52,781 nt of DNA, taken from positions 1-52,781 of the forward strand of contig CAZVXK010000002.1 of the NCBI GenBank assembly GCA_964631665.1. Direction: 5' to 3'. Numbering within the stretch: the first letter of the stretch is position 1; each line of letters starts with the position of its first letter. The stretch is from an uncultured Candidatus Cloacimonadota bacterium. Its GTDB lineage: Bacteria > Cloacimonadota > Cloacimonadia > Cloacimonadales > Cloacimonadaceae. The position numbers were made by a program, and so were the translations under genes. Positions 1-9,462 of the stretch are shown here, in pieces. Below the pieces are notes generated by a model. The model searched no databases. It had not been told where the DNA came from and worked only from the letters and a program-made list of their open reading frames with translations.

Positions 1-44
1 CGCTCCACCCTGGGCTATCTTGTGCCGCCCGTACCGGGCTTTTT
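1..44. other. Small GC hairpin with T-tract; terminator of an off-window + strand gene or truncated REP-like element
   Basis: GCCCG-TAC-CGGGC at 27-39 followed by TTTTT (40-44), preceded by CACCCTGGGCTA; cut by the window edge. Confidence 0.3.
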
Positions 45-76
45 CACAGCCTCTCCACCGGCTGCGGCGCATCTAC

Positions 77-268
77 CATTCACCCATTCACCCATTCACC
101 CATTCACCTGTTAACCTGCTCACCTGTTAACCTGTTAACCCGTTAACCTGTTAACCCGTTAACCTGCTCACCTGTTAACCTGTTAACCTGTTAACCTGTT
201 AACCTGCTCACCCGTTCACCCGTTAACCTGCTCACCTGTTAACCCGTTAACCCGTTAACCCGTTCACT
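77..268. repeat. Tandem array of 24 degenerate 8-bp units
   Basis: Read in register: 4x CATTCACC, 14x YGTTAACC, 4x TGCTCACC, 2x CGTTCACY; abuts the stop codon at 269. Confidence 0.97.
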
Positions 269-3200
269 CTACTTCATCAGCACCATTTTCCGGGTGGAGG
301 AGAATTTTCCGGATTTCATGCGGAAATAATAGACTCCGCTGCTCACCGAGCTGCCGCGGTCGTCTCTGCCGTTCCAAACCACCTTGTGTTCGCCGGCCGG
401 AAGGTCGGTGAAAAGCAGGCTCCTCACCAATTGTCCCTTCAGGTTGAAGATCTCGATGTTCACTTCTTCCGCGGAGGCGAGACTGAAGCTGATGGTGGTT
501 TCGGGATTGAAGGGATTGGGATAGTTGCCTTTGAGGGAGGTTTGCAGCGCCGGGCTACCGGTGTCGGCCACCGGAGTGGCTTGATAGATGTTTCCGGAGC
601 GGTTGTAGGTTGCCATAAAGCAGTACCATTCATAGGATTGCACGGAACGTTTGATATCGATCACATAGAATCCGTTGTCGTTGGGGATCACGATGTCCAG
701 ATCGTTGTCGTGGTCGAGGTCGCTGACGGCGGCGGAGACTTTTATGTTGCCACCGATGGTGATGGGGAAATTGGGGGATTCGGTGCCATCCACGCGCACG
801 CTGTGCAGCTTGCCGTTGGTGTCGCCGAAGATGATGCCGGCCTGGTTGCTGCCATCGAAGCGCACCACGGTGGGGGTGCATTCCACCGCCTGGTTCACAT
901 TGATGGGGGTATTGGGAAGGTCGGTTCCGTCGGGATTCATCACATAGACCAGCCCAGGGGCGCTGATCACGATGATCTCCTTGCCGCCGTTGTTGTTCAC
1001 ATCCGCCACCACCGCCCCGGTCTTGATCTGGGTGCCGATGTTCTTCTGGAAATGCACGGAACCGTCATGATTGAAGGCCAGGATATAGCCGGCGGTGCTG
1101 GTGGTTACGATGATCTCGGGATTGGGATCGCTATCCAGATTGGCAATGGTGATCGGGTTTTGTGAACCGCCCACCATGGTTACCGGGAAACCGGCAATGT
1201 TCTGTCCTGTGGTGCTGTTGATGGCGTGCAGGTTGCCGTTCAGGGTGGCAACGATGATCTCGAGCTGCCCGTCGCCGGTGAGGTCTGCCACTGCGGGGGG
1301 ACCCAAAACCGCGCCGCCCACGCTCATCGGGAAATTGGGATAATAGCTGCCATCGGCATTGAGGACGATCAGATTGCCCACCTGGGTGGCGGTGATGATC
1401 TGCTTGGTGTTGTTCATCGGCAGGGAGGCGATCACGGGCCCGCTGCGCAAGGTTCCGCCGGCGGGGATGTTCCAGAGCACCGTCCCATTCTGGTTGAACA
1501 GCATGATGTTGTTGTTCTGCAGGCAGGCGGCGAATTCATAGAGGTCATCGCTGTTCACATTGCTCATGGCGATGGAACCCACGATGGCGGCTCCGGCAGA
1601 GATCGGGAAACCGGGCATCTGGGTGCTGCCGTCCTTCTTCAGGGCATGGATATTGCCGGATTGGTCGCCGAACACCACTTCCCGGTTGGGTTCGCTGTCC
1701 AGATTCACTATAATGGGGCTGGAAGTGGAGGCTCCGCCCACGATGAAGGGCCAGCCCTGCTGAACCAGAGGCAGGGACACGGTGAAGGGCAGGGTCTTGG
1801 TATAGGGATAGGGCGCGGTGGGATTGGCGGTAACCACCAGCTCGAAGGGGATCGGTTCCGAGGGCAGGGTGCTGACGGTCTGGAATTTGAAGGGCTGGCT
1901 GTTGTTCCACATCGTGCTGCCGGGATAGAGATTGCCATAACTGGCAGTGGCGTCGATGATGGTGACGCCGGGATAGGAACAGGTGAGGGTGGCTTGCAGG
2001 TTCTCCGCCGGCAGCCAGGCCAGACCGGTGTATGGATCGAGATAGTTGTTCAGGGAAAGTTTCAGCCGGATGGTCTCACCCGGATTGGGCACTCCGTCGC
2101 CGTCACCGGCAAATTCCTCCACCATCTGGTCTTCGATGGTGATATAGGGAATCTTGTCATACATGGTGGCGGCAAAGGCATTGATCCTGCCGGCGCCCAG
2201 CTTGGGCGGATTGGGACCATAGTTCGGATTTACATCATAGATATAATCCGCTGTAGTCATCAGCCGCTGCATCAATTGGGCAGGGGTGAGACCGGGATGC
2301 ATGGCTTTGACCAGGGCGGCAACACCAGCAGCCACGGGCGACGCCATCGAGGTGCCGTCATAGGCGTCGTAGCCATTATTGGCGATGATGGTGGAAAGGA
2401 TGCCCTCGCCGGGGGCGCAGATGTCGATCGGAGCTCCGTAATCCGAGAAACCGGATTTCACATCATTCTGCCCGGTGGAGGCCACGCAGAAGGCATTGGT
2501 GCAATCAGCAGGATAATCCTGGTAGGAGGTAGTGTGTTCCATATTTTCATTTCCGGCGGCGGCCACCACCAAAGCCCCCAACGCGGTGGCATAGTTCACG
2601 ATGGAATTGGGATAGGCTCCCGTTCCTGTGCTACCCCAGCTGCAATTGATGATATGGGCTCCCACCTCGGCGGAATACTTCACCTGGTCATAGGCATAGG
2701 CGATGCCGGTGGAATTGCTGGTGTTGGAGGAACCTTTGCAGGAAATGATGGAGGCGATGGGAGAGGTGCCCACCACACCGATGGCATTGTTTCCAACCGC
2801 TGCGGCGCAGCCGGCCACATGGGTGCCGTGGTCGTTGTTAGCCCAGGTCTGGATGGGGTTGTTGTCGTTGTTGTAAAAATCCCAGCCTACCAAGTCGTCG
2901 ATCTTGTTTCCACCCTCGCCGGCGTCCACGCCATCTCCGCCGGAGATCGTTCCGGCATCCCAGTTGATGGTCATTCCGGGTGCTTCGGCAGGATTGATCC
3001 AGATATTTGCACGCAGGTCGGGATGGTTCCATTTCACACCGGAATCGGTGATGGCCACCCACACATCATAGGAGCCCTGGATGTAGTCCCAGGCTTCATA
3101 GCTGCGGATGCGGCTGTGCACATATTGCTGGGTGACCATGGGATCGTTGGGCACGAATTTGCTGCGGTTGATGCCTTCAAATTCCGCCCAGATCAGGTTG

Positions 3201-3559
3201 GCATCCCTGGCCAGCTCCGCCACGGCGGCGTCCATCTGGTCATCGGATTCCAGACGCAGCCGGTAGATGTTTTGCAGATAGGCCCCGTTGTCGTTCCAAG
3301 TGGGAACCTTCACATAGGGATGAGCCTGATCCAGGGCAATGATGCCATAACGGCTGGCCAGCATATCGAAAGAGGACAGGCCGGTCTTCACCACGCCTTC
3401 CTCAATAGTGTAATCTATCTTTCCGTTATCGTTACCCACCGCTTCCTTGGTGAAGCAGGCCAGGATGGTCTTGGACACGAACAGGTCCGGATCGAACTTC
3501 AGGGCATGTATGGCGCCCAAAGCAATGATCAGCGAGATCAGTATAATCAGCTTTTTCAT
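269..3559 (-). CDS. Secreted S8 (subtilisin-like) serine peptidase with FG-GAP-like repeats and C-terminal FlgD-Ig/T9SS-type sorting domain
   Basis: Triad motifs VAITDSG, HGTHVAG, GTSMASP; D-x-D/N-x-D-G repeats; YPNPFNPETTI...RKMVLMK end; signal peptide; start moved to MKKL after RBS GAGGTG. Confidence 0.92.
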   Translation of the reverse strand: MKKLIILISLIIALGAIHALKFDPDLFVSKTILACFTKEAVGNDNGKIDYTIEEGVVKTGLSSFDMLASRYGIIALDQAHPYVKVPTWNDNGAYLQNIYRLRLESDDQMDAAVAELARDANLIWAEFEGINRSKFVPNDPMVTQQYVHSRIRSYEAWDYIQGSYDVWVAITDSGVKWNHPDLRANIWINPAEAPGMTINWDAGTISGGDGVDAGEGGNKIDDLVGWDFYNNDNNPIQTWANNDHGTHVAGCAAAVGNNAIGVVGTSPIASIISCKGSSNTSNSTGIAYAYDQVKYSAEVGAHIINCSWGSTGTGAYPNSIVNYATALGALVVAAAGNENMEHTTSYQDYPADCTNAFCVASTGQNDVKSGFSDYGAPIDICAPGEGILSTIIANNGYDAYDGTSMASPVAAGVAALVKAMHPGLTPAQLMQRLMTTADYIYDVNPNYGPNPPKLGAGRINAFAATMYDKIPYITIEDQMVEEFAGDGDGVPNPGETIRLKLSLNNYLDPYTGLAWLPAENLQATLTCSYPGVTIIDATASYGNLYPGSTMWNNSQPFKFQTVSTLPSEPIPFELVVTANPTAPYPYTKTLPFTVSLPLVQQGWPFIVGGASTSSPIIVNLDSEPNREVVFGDQSGNIHALKKDGSTQMPGFPISAGAAIVGSIAMSNVNSDDLYEFAACLQNNNIMLFNQNGTVLWNIPAGGTLRSGPVIASLPMNNTKQIITATQVGNLIVLNADGSYYPNFPMSVGGAVLGPPAVADLTGDGQLEIIVATLNGNLHAINSTTGQNIAGFPVTMVGGSQNPITIANLDSDPNPEIIVTTSTAGYILAFNHDGSVHFQKNIGTQIKTGAVVADVNNNGGKEIIVISAPGLVYVMNPDGTDLPNTPINVNQAVECTPTVVRFDGSNQAGIIFGDTNGKLHSVRVDGTESPNFPITIGGNIKVSAAVSDLDHDNDLDIVIPNDNGFYVIDIKRSVQSYEWYCFMATYNRSGNIYQATPVADTGSPALQTSLKGNYPNPFNPETTISFSLASAEEVNIEIFNLKGQLVRSLLFTDLPAGEHKVVWNGRDDRGSSVSSGVYYFRMKSGKFSSTRKMVLMK

Positions 3560-3637
3560 TTGCACCTCGGTAAATGGTTTTTTGCATCAAAATTGAGAAT
3601 GGGGATTTAGTCAACCCTTTTAATCTCCAGCTAGACA

Positions 3638-5737
3638 CTAATACAGGATAAGCTTCTCTTTCTCAGTATATTGGCTTTGATAGAGTTTTTTGATCAGAGC
3701 ATGCTGCTCCTGCTGCAGATCGGGATCCTGGTCAATGATGGCAAAGGCATCGTCCCGGGCCAGCTTGAGCAGCAGTTGATCCTGCACCAAGCTGGCAAAG
3801 CGGAATTGGGGCAGGCCGGATTGCTCGGTGCCGAAGAATTCGCCGGGGCCCCTGAGTTGGAGGTCTTTTTCGGCGATCAGGAAGCCATCGGTGGTTCCGG
3901 CCAGGGTGGAGAGGCGCTCTTTGGCAACGGAGGTGGAGGGGAAATGCTCGATCAGGTAGCAGAAGGATTGCTCGGCCCCGCGGCCCACCCTGCCGCGCAA
4001 TTGATGCAACTGGGCCAGGCCAAAGCGTTCGGCATGCTCCACCACCATCACGGAGGCGTTGGGCACATCCACGCCCACCTCGATCACGGTGGTGGAAACC
4101 AGGATGCGGATCTCTCCCGCTTTGAAGCGCAGCATGATCTCATCCTTGTCCCGGGCCGGCATTTTACCGTGCAGGAGGACGGTCTGGTAGCCGGGGAACA
4201 CCTTGGTGGAGATGTGGTTGAACAGGCGCTGGGCATCCAGCAGATCCACTTTGTCCGATTCCTCGATCAAAGGGCACACGATGTAGGCCTGCCTTCCCCG
4301 GGCCAGCTCCTTTCCCACCTCCCGATAGACCAGATCGATCTTGGTATTGGAACGGATATAGGTTTGCACTGGTTTGCGGTTGGGAGGCAGCTCATCGATA
4401 ATGCTCACCTCCAGATCGCCATACACGGTCAGGGACAGGGAACGCGGAATGGGCGTGGCGCTCAGGTAGAGCAGATCAGGATGTTTGTCCTTCCTGGCCA
4501 AAAGCGCTCGCTGCTGAACTCCGAAGCGGTGCTGTTCGTCCACTGCCACAAAACCCAGCCGCTCGAAACTGATGTCGCTCTGCAACAGGGCATGGGTGCC
4601 GATCACAAGGTCGGCCGAGCCCTCCCGGATCTCGGTCTTGATCCGGGTTTTGCCTTTATAGGTGCCTCCCTTGAGCAGCACCACCTTCACCGGAAGCCCT
4701 GCCAGCAGCTTGAGCAGATTGTTGTAATGCTGGTCGGCCAGGATCTCGGTGGGCGCCATCAAGGCAGCCTGATATCCGTTTTCCACCGCCAGCAGCATGG
4801 CAAAAAGGGTGACGATGGTCTTTCCGCTGCCCACATCGCCCTGCAACAGACGGGACATCTGCTTCTCCGAGGTCATGTCGGCAAAGATCTCGCGGAGAGC
4901 GCGTTTCTGGGCCGCCGTGAGCACGAAGGGCAGGCTTTGATAAAACCGGGTGGTGAGTTCTCTCTTGTTCTCAAAGCTGATCCCCAGGGTCTGATTGGCG
5001 TGGTAGTGGCGATGCCTGGCCCACAGGATCTGGGCATAGAAGAACTCCTCATAGGCAAAACGACGCCTGATCTGTGATATCTCCTCAGGTTTCTGGGAAA
5101 AGTGCAGCTTCTGCAGGGCGATCCTGCGGGGCAGGAAACGGTGCTTGTCGATCAGGAACTGGGGCAGTTTTTCCGGGATGCTGTCCGCAAAAAGCTCGAA
5201 AGCATGATAGATGGTGCGGCGGAAGAAGTTCTGGGTGAGGTCGCCGGTCAGCCCATACACGGGAAGGCACTCCCGTTTCTTCCAGAAATCGTCCTCCTCC
5301 TTGTCGTCCACCAGCTCAAATTCCGGATGCATCAATTGCAGTTGGCCGCCATATTCACTGAGGATGCCATTCACCCAGAGGTTCCGGCCGGGCTCCAGGA
5401 TCTTCAGAAATGTCTTGGGATAGCTGAACCAGGTGCAGACCACGGTGAATTTCCGGTCGCTGATCCCCACGTTCAGGATGCTCTTCCCCTTTTGTGTGGC
5501 GTGTTCATCTACCCAGCAGATCTGCGCGGTGAAGGCCACCCGGTCGCCCGGCCTGAGTTCAAAGGGCGAAGGATTGACCTTGCGGTTCAGGTAATCCCGC
5601 GGGAAATATTCCATCAGGTCCATTACGGTGCGGATGCCGATCCGGCTTAACTGCCGCGACCGCACCTCACCCACTCCCTTGAGGAATTTCACCTCCATCA
5701 GGGGATCATTGCGGAATTCTGTTTTGGATTTGTCCAT
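3638..5737 (-). CDS. recG: ATP-dependent DNA helicase RecG
   Basis: QGDVGSGKT, DEQHRFG, SATPIPRS, QLRGRVGRG, DLQLRGPGE; N-terminal wedge domain. Confidence 0.97.
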   Translation of the reverse strand: MDKSKTEFRNDPLMEVKFLKGVGEVRSRQLSRIGIRTVMDLMEYFPRDYLNRKVNPSPFELRPGDRVAFTAQICWVDEHATQKGKSILNVGISDRKFTVVCTWFSYPKTFLKILEPGRNLWVNGILSEYGGQLQLMHPEFELVDDKEEDDFWKKRECLPVYGLTGDLTQNFFRRTIYHAFELFADSIPEKLPQFLIDKHRFLPRRIALQKLHFSQKPEEISQIRRRFAYEEFFYAQILWARHRHYHANQTLGISFENKRELTTRFYQSLPFVLTAAQKRALREIFADMTSEKQMSRLLQGDVGSGKTIVTLFAMLLAVENGYQAALMAPTEILADQHYNNLLKLLAGLPVKVVLLKGGTYKGKTRIKTEIREGSADLVIGTHALLQSDISFERLGFVAVDEQHRFGVQQRALLARKDKHPDLLYLSATPIPRSLSLTVYGDLEVSIIDELPPNRKPVQTYIRSNTKIDLVYREVGKELARGRQAYIVCPLIEESDKVDLLDAQRLFNHISTKVFPGYQTVLLHGKMPARDKDEIMLRFKAGEIRILVSTTVIEVGVDVPNASVMVVEHAERFGLAQLHQLRGRVGRGAEQSFCYLIEHFPSTSVAKERLSTLAGTTDGFLIAEKDLQLRGPGEFFGTEQSGLPQFRFASLVQDQLLLKLARDDAFAIIDQDPDLQQEQHALIKKLYQSQYTEKEKLILY

Positions 5738-5743
5738 AGAGCC

Positions 5744-5771
5744 AAAATGCCAGGGCTGCCAAATCTGTCAA
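5744..5771 (-). promoter_or_regulatory. Putative sigma70 promoter for recG
   Basis: TTGACA (5771-5766), 16 nt, CATTTT (5749-5744), ending 6 nt before the ATG. Confidence 0.4.
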
Positions 5772-5793
5772 CAGGCTTGCCCTTATTTTTTGC

Positions 5794-5822
5794 TTGACTG
5801 GAAAGCAGCCTCAAATTATTAT
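5794..5822 (+). promoter_or_regulatory. Putative sigma70 promoter for degP
   Basis: TTGACT-N17-TATTAT. Confidence 0.6.
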
Positions 5823-5923
5823 GTTTGATAATGCCAGATGTGATACGGCTTTATATGATGTTTCTTTTTTCGTTTTCTCAACACAGCTTAAATATACAAT
5901 AACAGCGATCAGAGGAGAAACCT

Positions 5924-7447
5924 ATGACCATATTTAAACGCATGATACCTCTGGTGTTGGTGCTTGGATTGATGTCCTGCGCCATCGCCCAGACGGATGA
6001 GACCTTAACCAATAAACCTGACCCCATGTTGCGGGGCCAGATCAGACCGGTGGTGATCGCACCCGGAGCAGCCAATCCCGTGGTGGAGGTGGTGCGCCAG
6101 GTGCGGGAAGCGGTCGTCCAGATCAAAGTGGAAGCCAAGATAACCGTCCAAAACTACCGCAATCCCTTCTTCGACGATGAGTTCTTCCGCTATTTCTTTC
6201 CCCAGTTGCCGCAGCAGCAACAGCGCCCGGTAACCTCGATGGGCAGCGGATTCCTCTATGAATACAATCCCCAGACCCGGGAAGCCTTCATCATGACCAA
6301 CAACCATGTGGTGGAAAAGGGTCGCGAAGGCACCATCACAGTAACTCTGGCAGACAAGGTTTCCTACACTGCCACTGTGGTGGGCCTGGATCCCAACACC
6401 GATGTGGCCGTGATCAAGATCACCTTAAGAGAAGGCGAGAAGATCACTCTGGCGCCCCTGGGCGATTCTGCGAACCTGGAGATCGGCGAATGGGCGATCG
6501 CCATCGGCAATCCCTTTGGCGAATCGGGTCTGGACCGCACCGTAACTTTGGGCGTGATCTCCGCCATCGGAAGATCGAACCTCAATTTCGGGCAGGGCTC
6601 CCCCATCTATCAGGATTACATCCAGACCGACGCCGCCATCAATCCTGGCAACAGCGGCGGCCCGCTGCTGAACATCCACGGTGAGGTGATCGGCATCAAT
6701 TCCGCCATCACCAGCACCAGCGGCGGAAACATCGGCATTGGCTTTGCCATTCCGATCAATCTGGCCAAACGCGTGGTGGAAGATCTGGTGGCCAATGGAA
6801 AGGTGACCCGTGCCTACATCGGGATCTCGCCCCAGGAGATAACTTCGGACATCATGGACGCCTTCAACCTGAAGGAAGTGGCCGGCGTGCTGGTGGCCAA
6901 GGTGGAAAACGACTCTCCCGCCCATCGCGCCGGGTTGGAAGTGGGTGATGTGATCGTGGAATTCAACAACGAGCGCGTGCCCAATGTCTCCAAATTCCGC
7001 ATCGCCGTGGCAACCTCACGCGTGGGGGCCAGCGTTCCCGTGAAGATCATCCGCGAAGACGAGGAAAAGGTGCTCTACATCCAGCTGGAAGGCTTTCCGG
7101 AGGATGGCCCCGTTGCCAGCGCCGAGACGCCTAAAAATGGCGCCCCCAATGCCGGAATCAATGTGGAGGCCTATGACAGCAATTATGCCCGGCGCAACAA
7201 CATCACTGCCGACAAGGGCGTGATCGTGAGCAGCATCGAGCCCAATTCCCCTGCCGCCCGCAGTGAGCTGCAGGTGGGATTCATCATCCTGAGAGTGGAC
7301 CGCACCTATGTGAACAGCCCGGAAGAATTTAAAACCGCCCTGGCCGATGCCATGGCCAAAATGGAGAAGGAAGGACGCCAGACCCTGCCTCTGTATGTAA
7401 CAGACCGCAACAAGACCGAGCGTTTCGTGGTGCTGCGTTTCGAGTAG
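5924..7447 (+). CDS. degP: HtrA/DegP (Do) family periplasmic serine protease with two PDZ domains
   Basis: TNNHVV, DVAV, IQTDAAINPGNSGGPL; RBS AGGAG; signal peptide. Confidence 0.93.
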   Translation: MTIFKRMIPLVLVLGLMSCAIAQTDETLTNKPDPMLRGQIRPVVIAPGAANPVVEVVRQVREAVVQIKVEAKITVQNYRNPFFDDEFFRYFFPQLPQQQQRPVTSMGSGFLYEYNPQTREAFIMTNNHVVEKGREGTITVTLADKVSYTATVVGLDPNTDVAVIKITLREGEKITLAPLGDSANLEIGEWAIAIGNPFGESGLDRTVTLGVISAIGRSNLNFGQGSPIYQDYIQTDAAINPGNSGGPLLNIHGEVIGINSAITSTSGGNIGIGFAIPINLAKRVVEDLVANGKVTRAYIGISPQEITSDIMDAFNLKEVAGVLVAKVENDSPAHRAGLEVGDVIVEFNNERVPNVSKFRIAVATSRVGASVPVKIIREDEEKVLYIQLEGFPEDGPVASAETPKNGAPNAGINVEAYDSNYARRNNITADKGVIVSSIEPNSPAARSELQVGFIILRVDRTYVNSPEEFKTALADAMAKMEKEGRQTLPLYVTDRNKTERFVVLRFE

Positions 7448-7467
7448 CCACACAAAGCATGATAATG

Positions 7468-7498
7468 AAAAGCCCTGGATTGGTTTCCAGGGCTTTTT
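7468..7498. terminator. Bidirectional intrinsic terminator between convergent genes
   Basis: AAAAGCCCTGGA-TTGGTT-TCCAGGGCTTTT(T). Confidence 0.85.
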
Positions 7499-7528
7499 CT
7501 ATATGCTCTTGGCCAAATTTCTGTTCAA

Positions 7529-7987
7529 TCAGAACAGGGCTTCATAAGCAGGATCCATATAGAGCACACAATATACTCCCGCCCGGGTGTGGGGATAGGA
7601 CATCACCACTTTGCCTTCGTCCACACTCCAGCTATAGATATTGGCACTCTTGCGGAAATCGAACTCCACCCCGTGCAGGGAAATCAGCTCTTTCACCACC
7701 GGATGCGTCGCAGCGGGATCCCGGGTCGGCGGATAGGCTATCAACCATCCGATCAGCTTGTTGCTTTCCGGATGGCGATATACGGTCAATCCCACGATCT
7801 TATCCTTGGTCTTGGGTTCAAAATCAACCGTGTATCGGTCTTGAGCTTTCCTGACCAAGCCGTTGTCCAGCAGACTTTTCTCTGCTTCTGTATAGCTTTC
7901 GTTGAATCTCAAACCGAACAAGCCTGATTGGGCTCCCAAGGAGACAGCGATCAGGCATAGGGCTATAATTAGTATGAATTTATACAA
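7529..7987 (-). CDS. Small secreted hypothetical protein, paralog A
   Basis: TTG start with AGGAG RBS; signal peptide; AQSGLFGL, LIGWLIAY and LHG shared with paralogs. Confidence 0.85.
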   Translation of the reverse strand: MYKFILIIALCLIAVSLGAQSGLFGLRFNESYTEAEKSLLDNGLVRKAQDRYTVDFEPKTKDKIVGLTVYRHPESNKLIGWLIAYPPTRDPAATHPVVKELISLHGVEFDFRKSANIYSWSVDEGKVVMSYPHTRAGVYCVLYMDPAYEALF

Positions 7988-8026
7988 TTTAAGGACTCCT
8001 GAATCAGTATAATATTACCCAAACAT

Positions 8027-8048
8027 TTGACAGGACGAATTCTGTCAA
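8027..8048. promoter_or_regulatory. Operator-like inverted repeat upstream of paralog A
   Basis: TTGACAG-N8-CTGTCAA. Confidence 0.35.
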
Positions 8049-8129
8049 GCCCGAAAACTGCCATCGCCATATAAGCTTCGGGTTCTTAAGCTTAGTGTTG
8101 CTCTGTTCGAGTCAAAACCGGTTGCTTTA

Positions 8130-8582
8130 TTAATAGCCAGAAGCAGAGCCAGTATAGTAATCCACCCAATAATAGGAATCGAAATAGCTCCAACCGGCTT
8201 CAACGTAATGATTTTCGTCGAGTACAAACAAATAGTACTCCAGATCGTAATCGTAATCCCAGTCATCTCCGTGCAGAGATTCCAACGCTTCTATCACCAG
8301 ATCCTCAATGTATTCATCCTCGAGATCGTTATAGGCGATGGACCAACCGATCAGCAGATCATCAGCATCAAATCTTAGTTCTGCGTAGGCCACCGCAGGA
8401 TTCGATTCATTAACCAGGATTACGAATGTCTCGCCAGCTTCTGACAAGACAAAGCCTTTGGATTCCAATAGCCCGATGCTTTCGGACCGGGTGTCGCCAT
8501 ATCTGATTTCGAACAACCCGGTCTGGGCATTCACTGCCACGAAGCTGATCGCCAGCAGGACAAGCAGCAGCATTCTTTTCAT
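8130..8582 (-). CDS. Small acidic secreted hypothetical protein, paralog B
   Basis: RBS AAGGAG; signal peptide; AQTGLFEI, LIGWSIAY, LHG, YWVDY. Confidence 0.88.
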   Translation of the reverse strand: MKRMLLLVLLAISFVAVNAQTGLFEIRYGDTRSESIGLLESKGFVLSEAGETFVILVNESNPAVAYAELRFDADDLLIGWSIAYNDLEDEYIEDLVIEALESLHGDDWDYDYDLEYYLFVLDENHYVEAGWSYFDSYYWVDYYTGSASGY

Positions 8583-8643
8583 GATATCATCTCCTTAAAT
8601 GGTTTTTGATAATTTATCCCAGCATACAACATGCGCTTCCGGT

Positions 8644-9129
8644 CTATTCAGAAAACAGCCTGTATAGGTAATCATATTCATCCGGCTGGTAGATATACTT
8701 CAGGGTATATTCCACCCAGAAGAATTCCCGGCCTGGATCATAGCCGGCATAGATCTCGGAATAGTCATCCAGGTCCCAGGTATAAAGCCCGTTATCCAGA
8801 AAATCGAAAACATCGTGGATGGCGATCACCTGGCTGACTGCATAGGTTTCCACATCAAAATCATCGGCTGGTTGAAAGGCGATCGACCATCCGGTGAGGG
8901 TGTCATCGAACTGGTCGAAAAAAAGCTCAATGTGATCGATCCTGCTGTCTGCCCCAGGTTCCAGTATTGCCTGGTCATATTCACTGGAGAGCAGGGTGAA
9001 ATCCTGCTTTTCCAAGGTTCCGATGCTCCGGGCGCGGGTCCAGCCAAAATCCAGGCCCAGCACATCAGCTTCAGCGCTCAGAAGCACTGCCATCATGCAA
9101 ATAACCAGGAGCAATATAAATTTGTTCAT
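8644..9129 (-). CDS. Small acidic secreted hypothetical protein, paralog C
   Basis: Signal peptide; VLGLDFG, LTGWSIAF, FFWVEY. Confidence 0.85.
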   Translation of the reverse strand: MNKFILLLVICMMAVLLSAEADVLGLDFGWTRARSIGTLEKQDFTLLSSEYDQAILEPGADSRIDHIELFFDQFDDTLTGWSIAFQPADDFDVETYAVSQVIAIHDVFDFLDNGLYTWDLDDYSEIYAGYDPGREFFWVEYTLKYIYQPDEYDYLYRLFSE

Positions 9130-9353
9130 AGTGGGTACCTGTTGTTTTTACTCTTAAATACTGAGGCAGTTATTCTGTCAAATACTTTTCCCGGGGCAGC
9201 CGCCGGCAGCAAAAGGAGAAGATGGCAAACCGATCGCTTCGCTGGTCAGCCAATTGATATATTGACAGTGGCTTGGGTTGGATCCACCACATCCGCTGAT
9301 CCCGGTCATTATTCATCTGATCATTGCATTGGGCCCTGCCGGGTGATATCCCC

Positions 9354-9462
9354 CCAGGCAAGATGCCTGGAATCCTCTTCTCTCCCGTTAGCAATACGGA
9401 ATCATTACGGAGTCATTACGGATTAACTCCGTAATGACTCCGTAATGATTCCGTATTGGTAA
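9354..9462. repeat. Long palindromic intergenic element, copy 1
   Basis: Perfect 31-bp arms 9392-9422 and 9428-9458 with loop TTAAC; preceded by hairpin CCAGGCA-AGA-TGCCTGG (9354-9370). Confidence 0.95.

Noticed and set aside
77-268. CRISPR array or telomere-like repeat
   Set aside because: Units are 8 bp with no unique spacers and no cas genes; the GGGTTA resemblance is superficial.
1226-3610. Long + strand ORFs (794 aa here; also 3671-5077, 9603-11558, 22360-23757, 31773-33992, 37117-38538)
   Set aside because: Antisense shadows of well-supported minus-strand genes with high GC3; no recognisable motifs.
8815-9426. ORFs reading through the palindromes or repeat tracts (8815-9426, 28484-28960, 50107-50538)
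   Set aside because: They overlap real genes on the opposite strand and their shared peptide (e.g. HYGV) is just translated repeat DNA.
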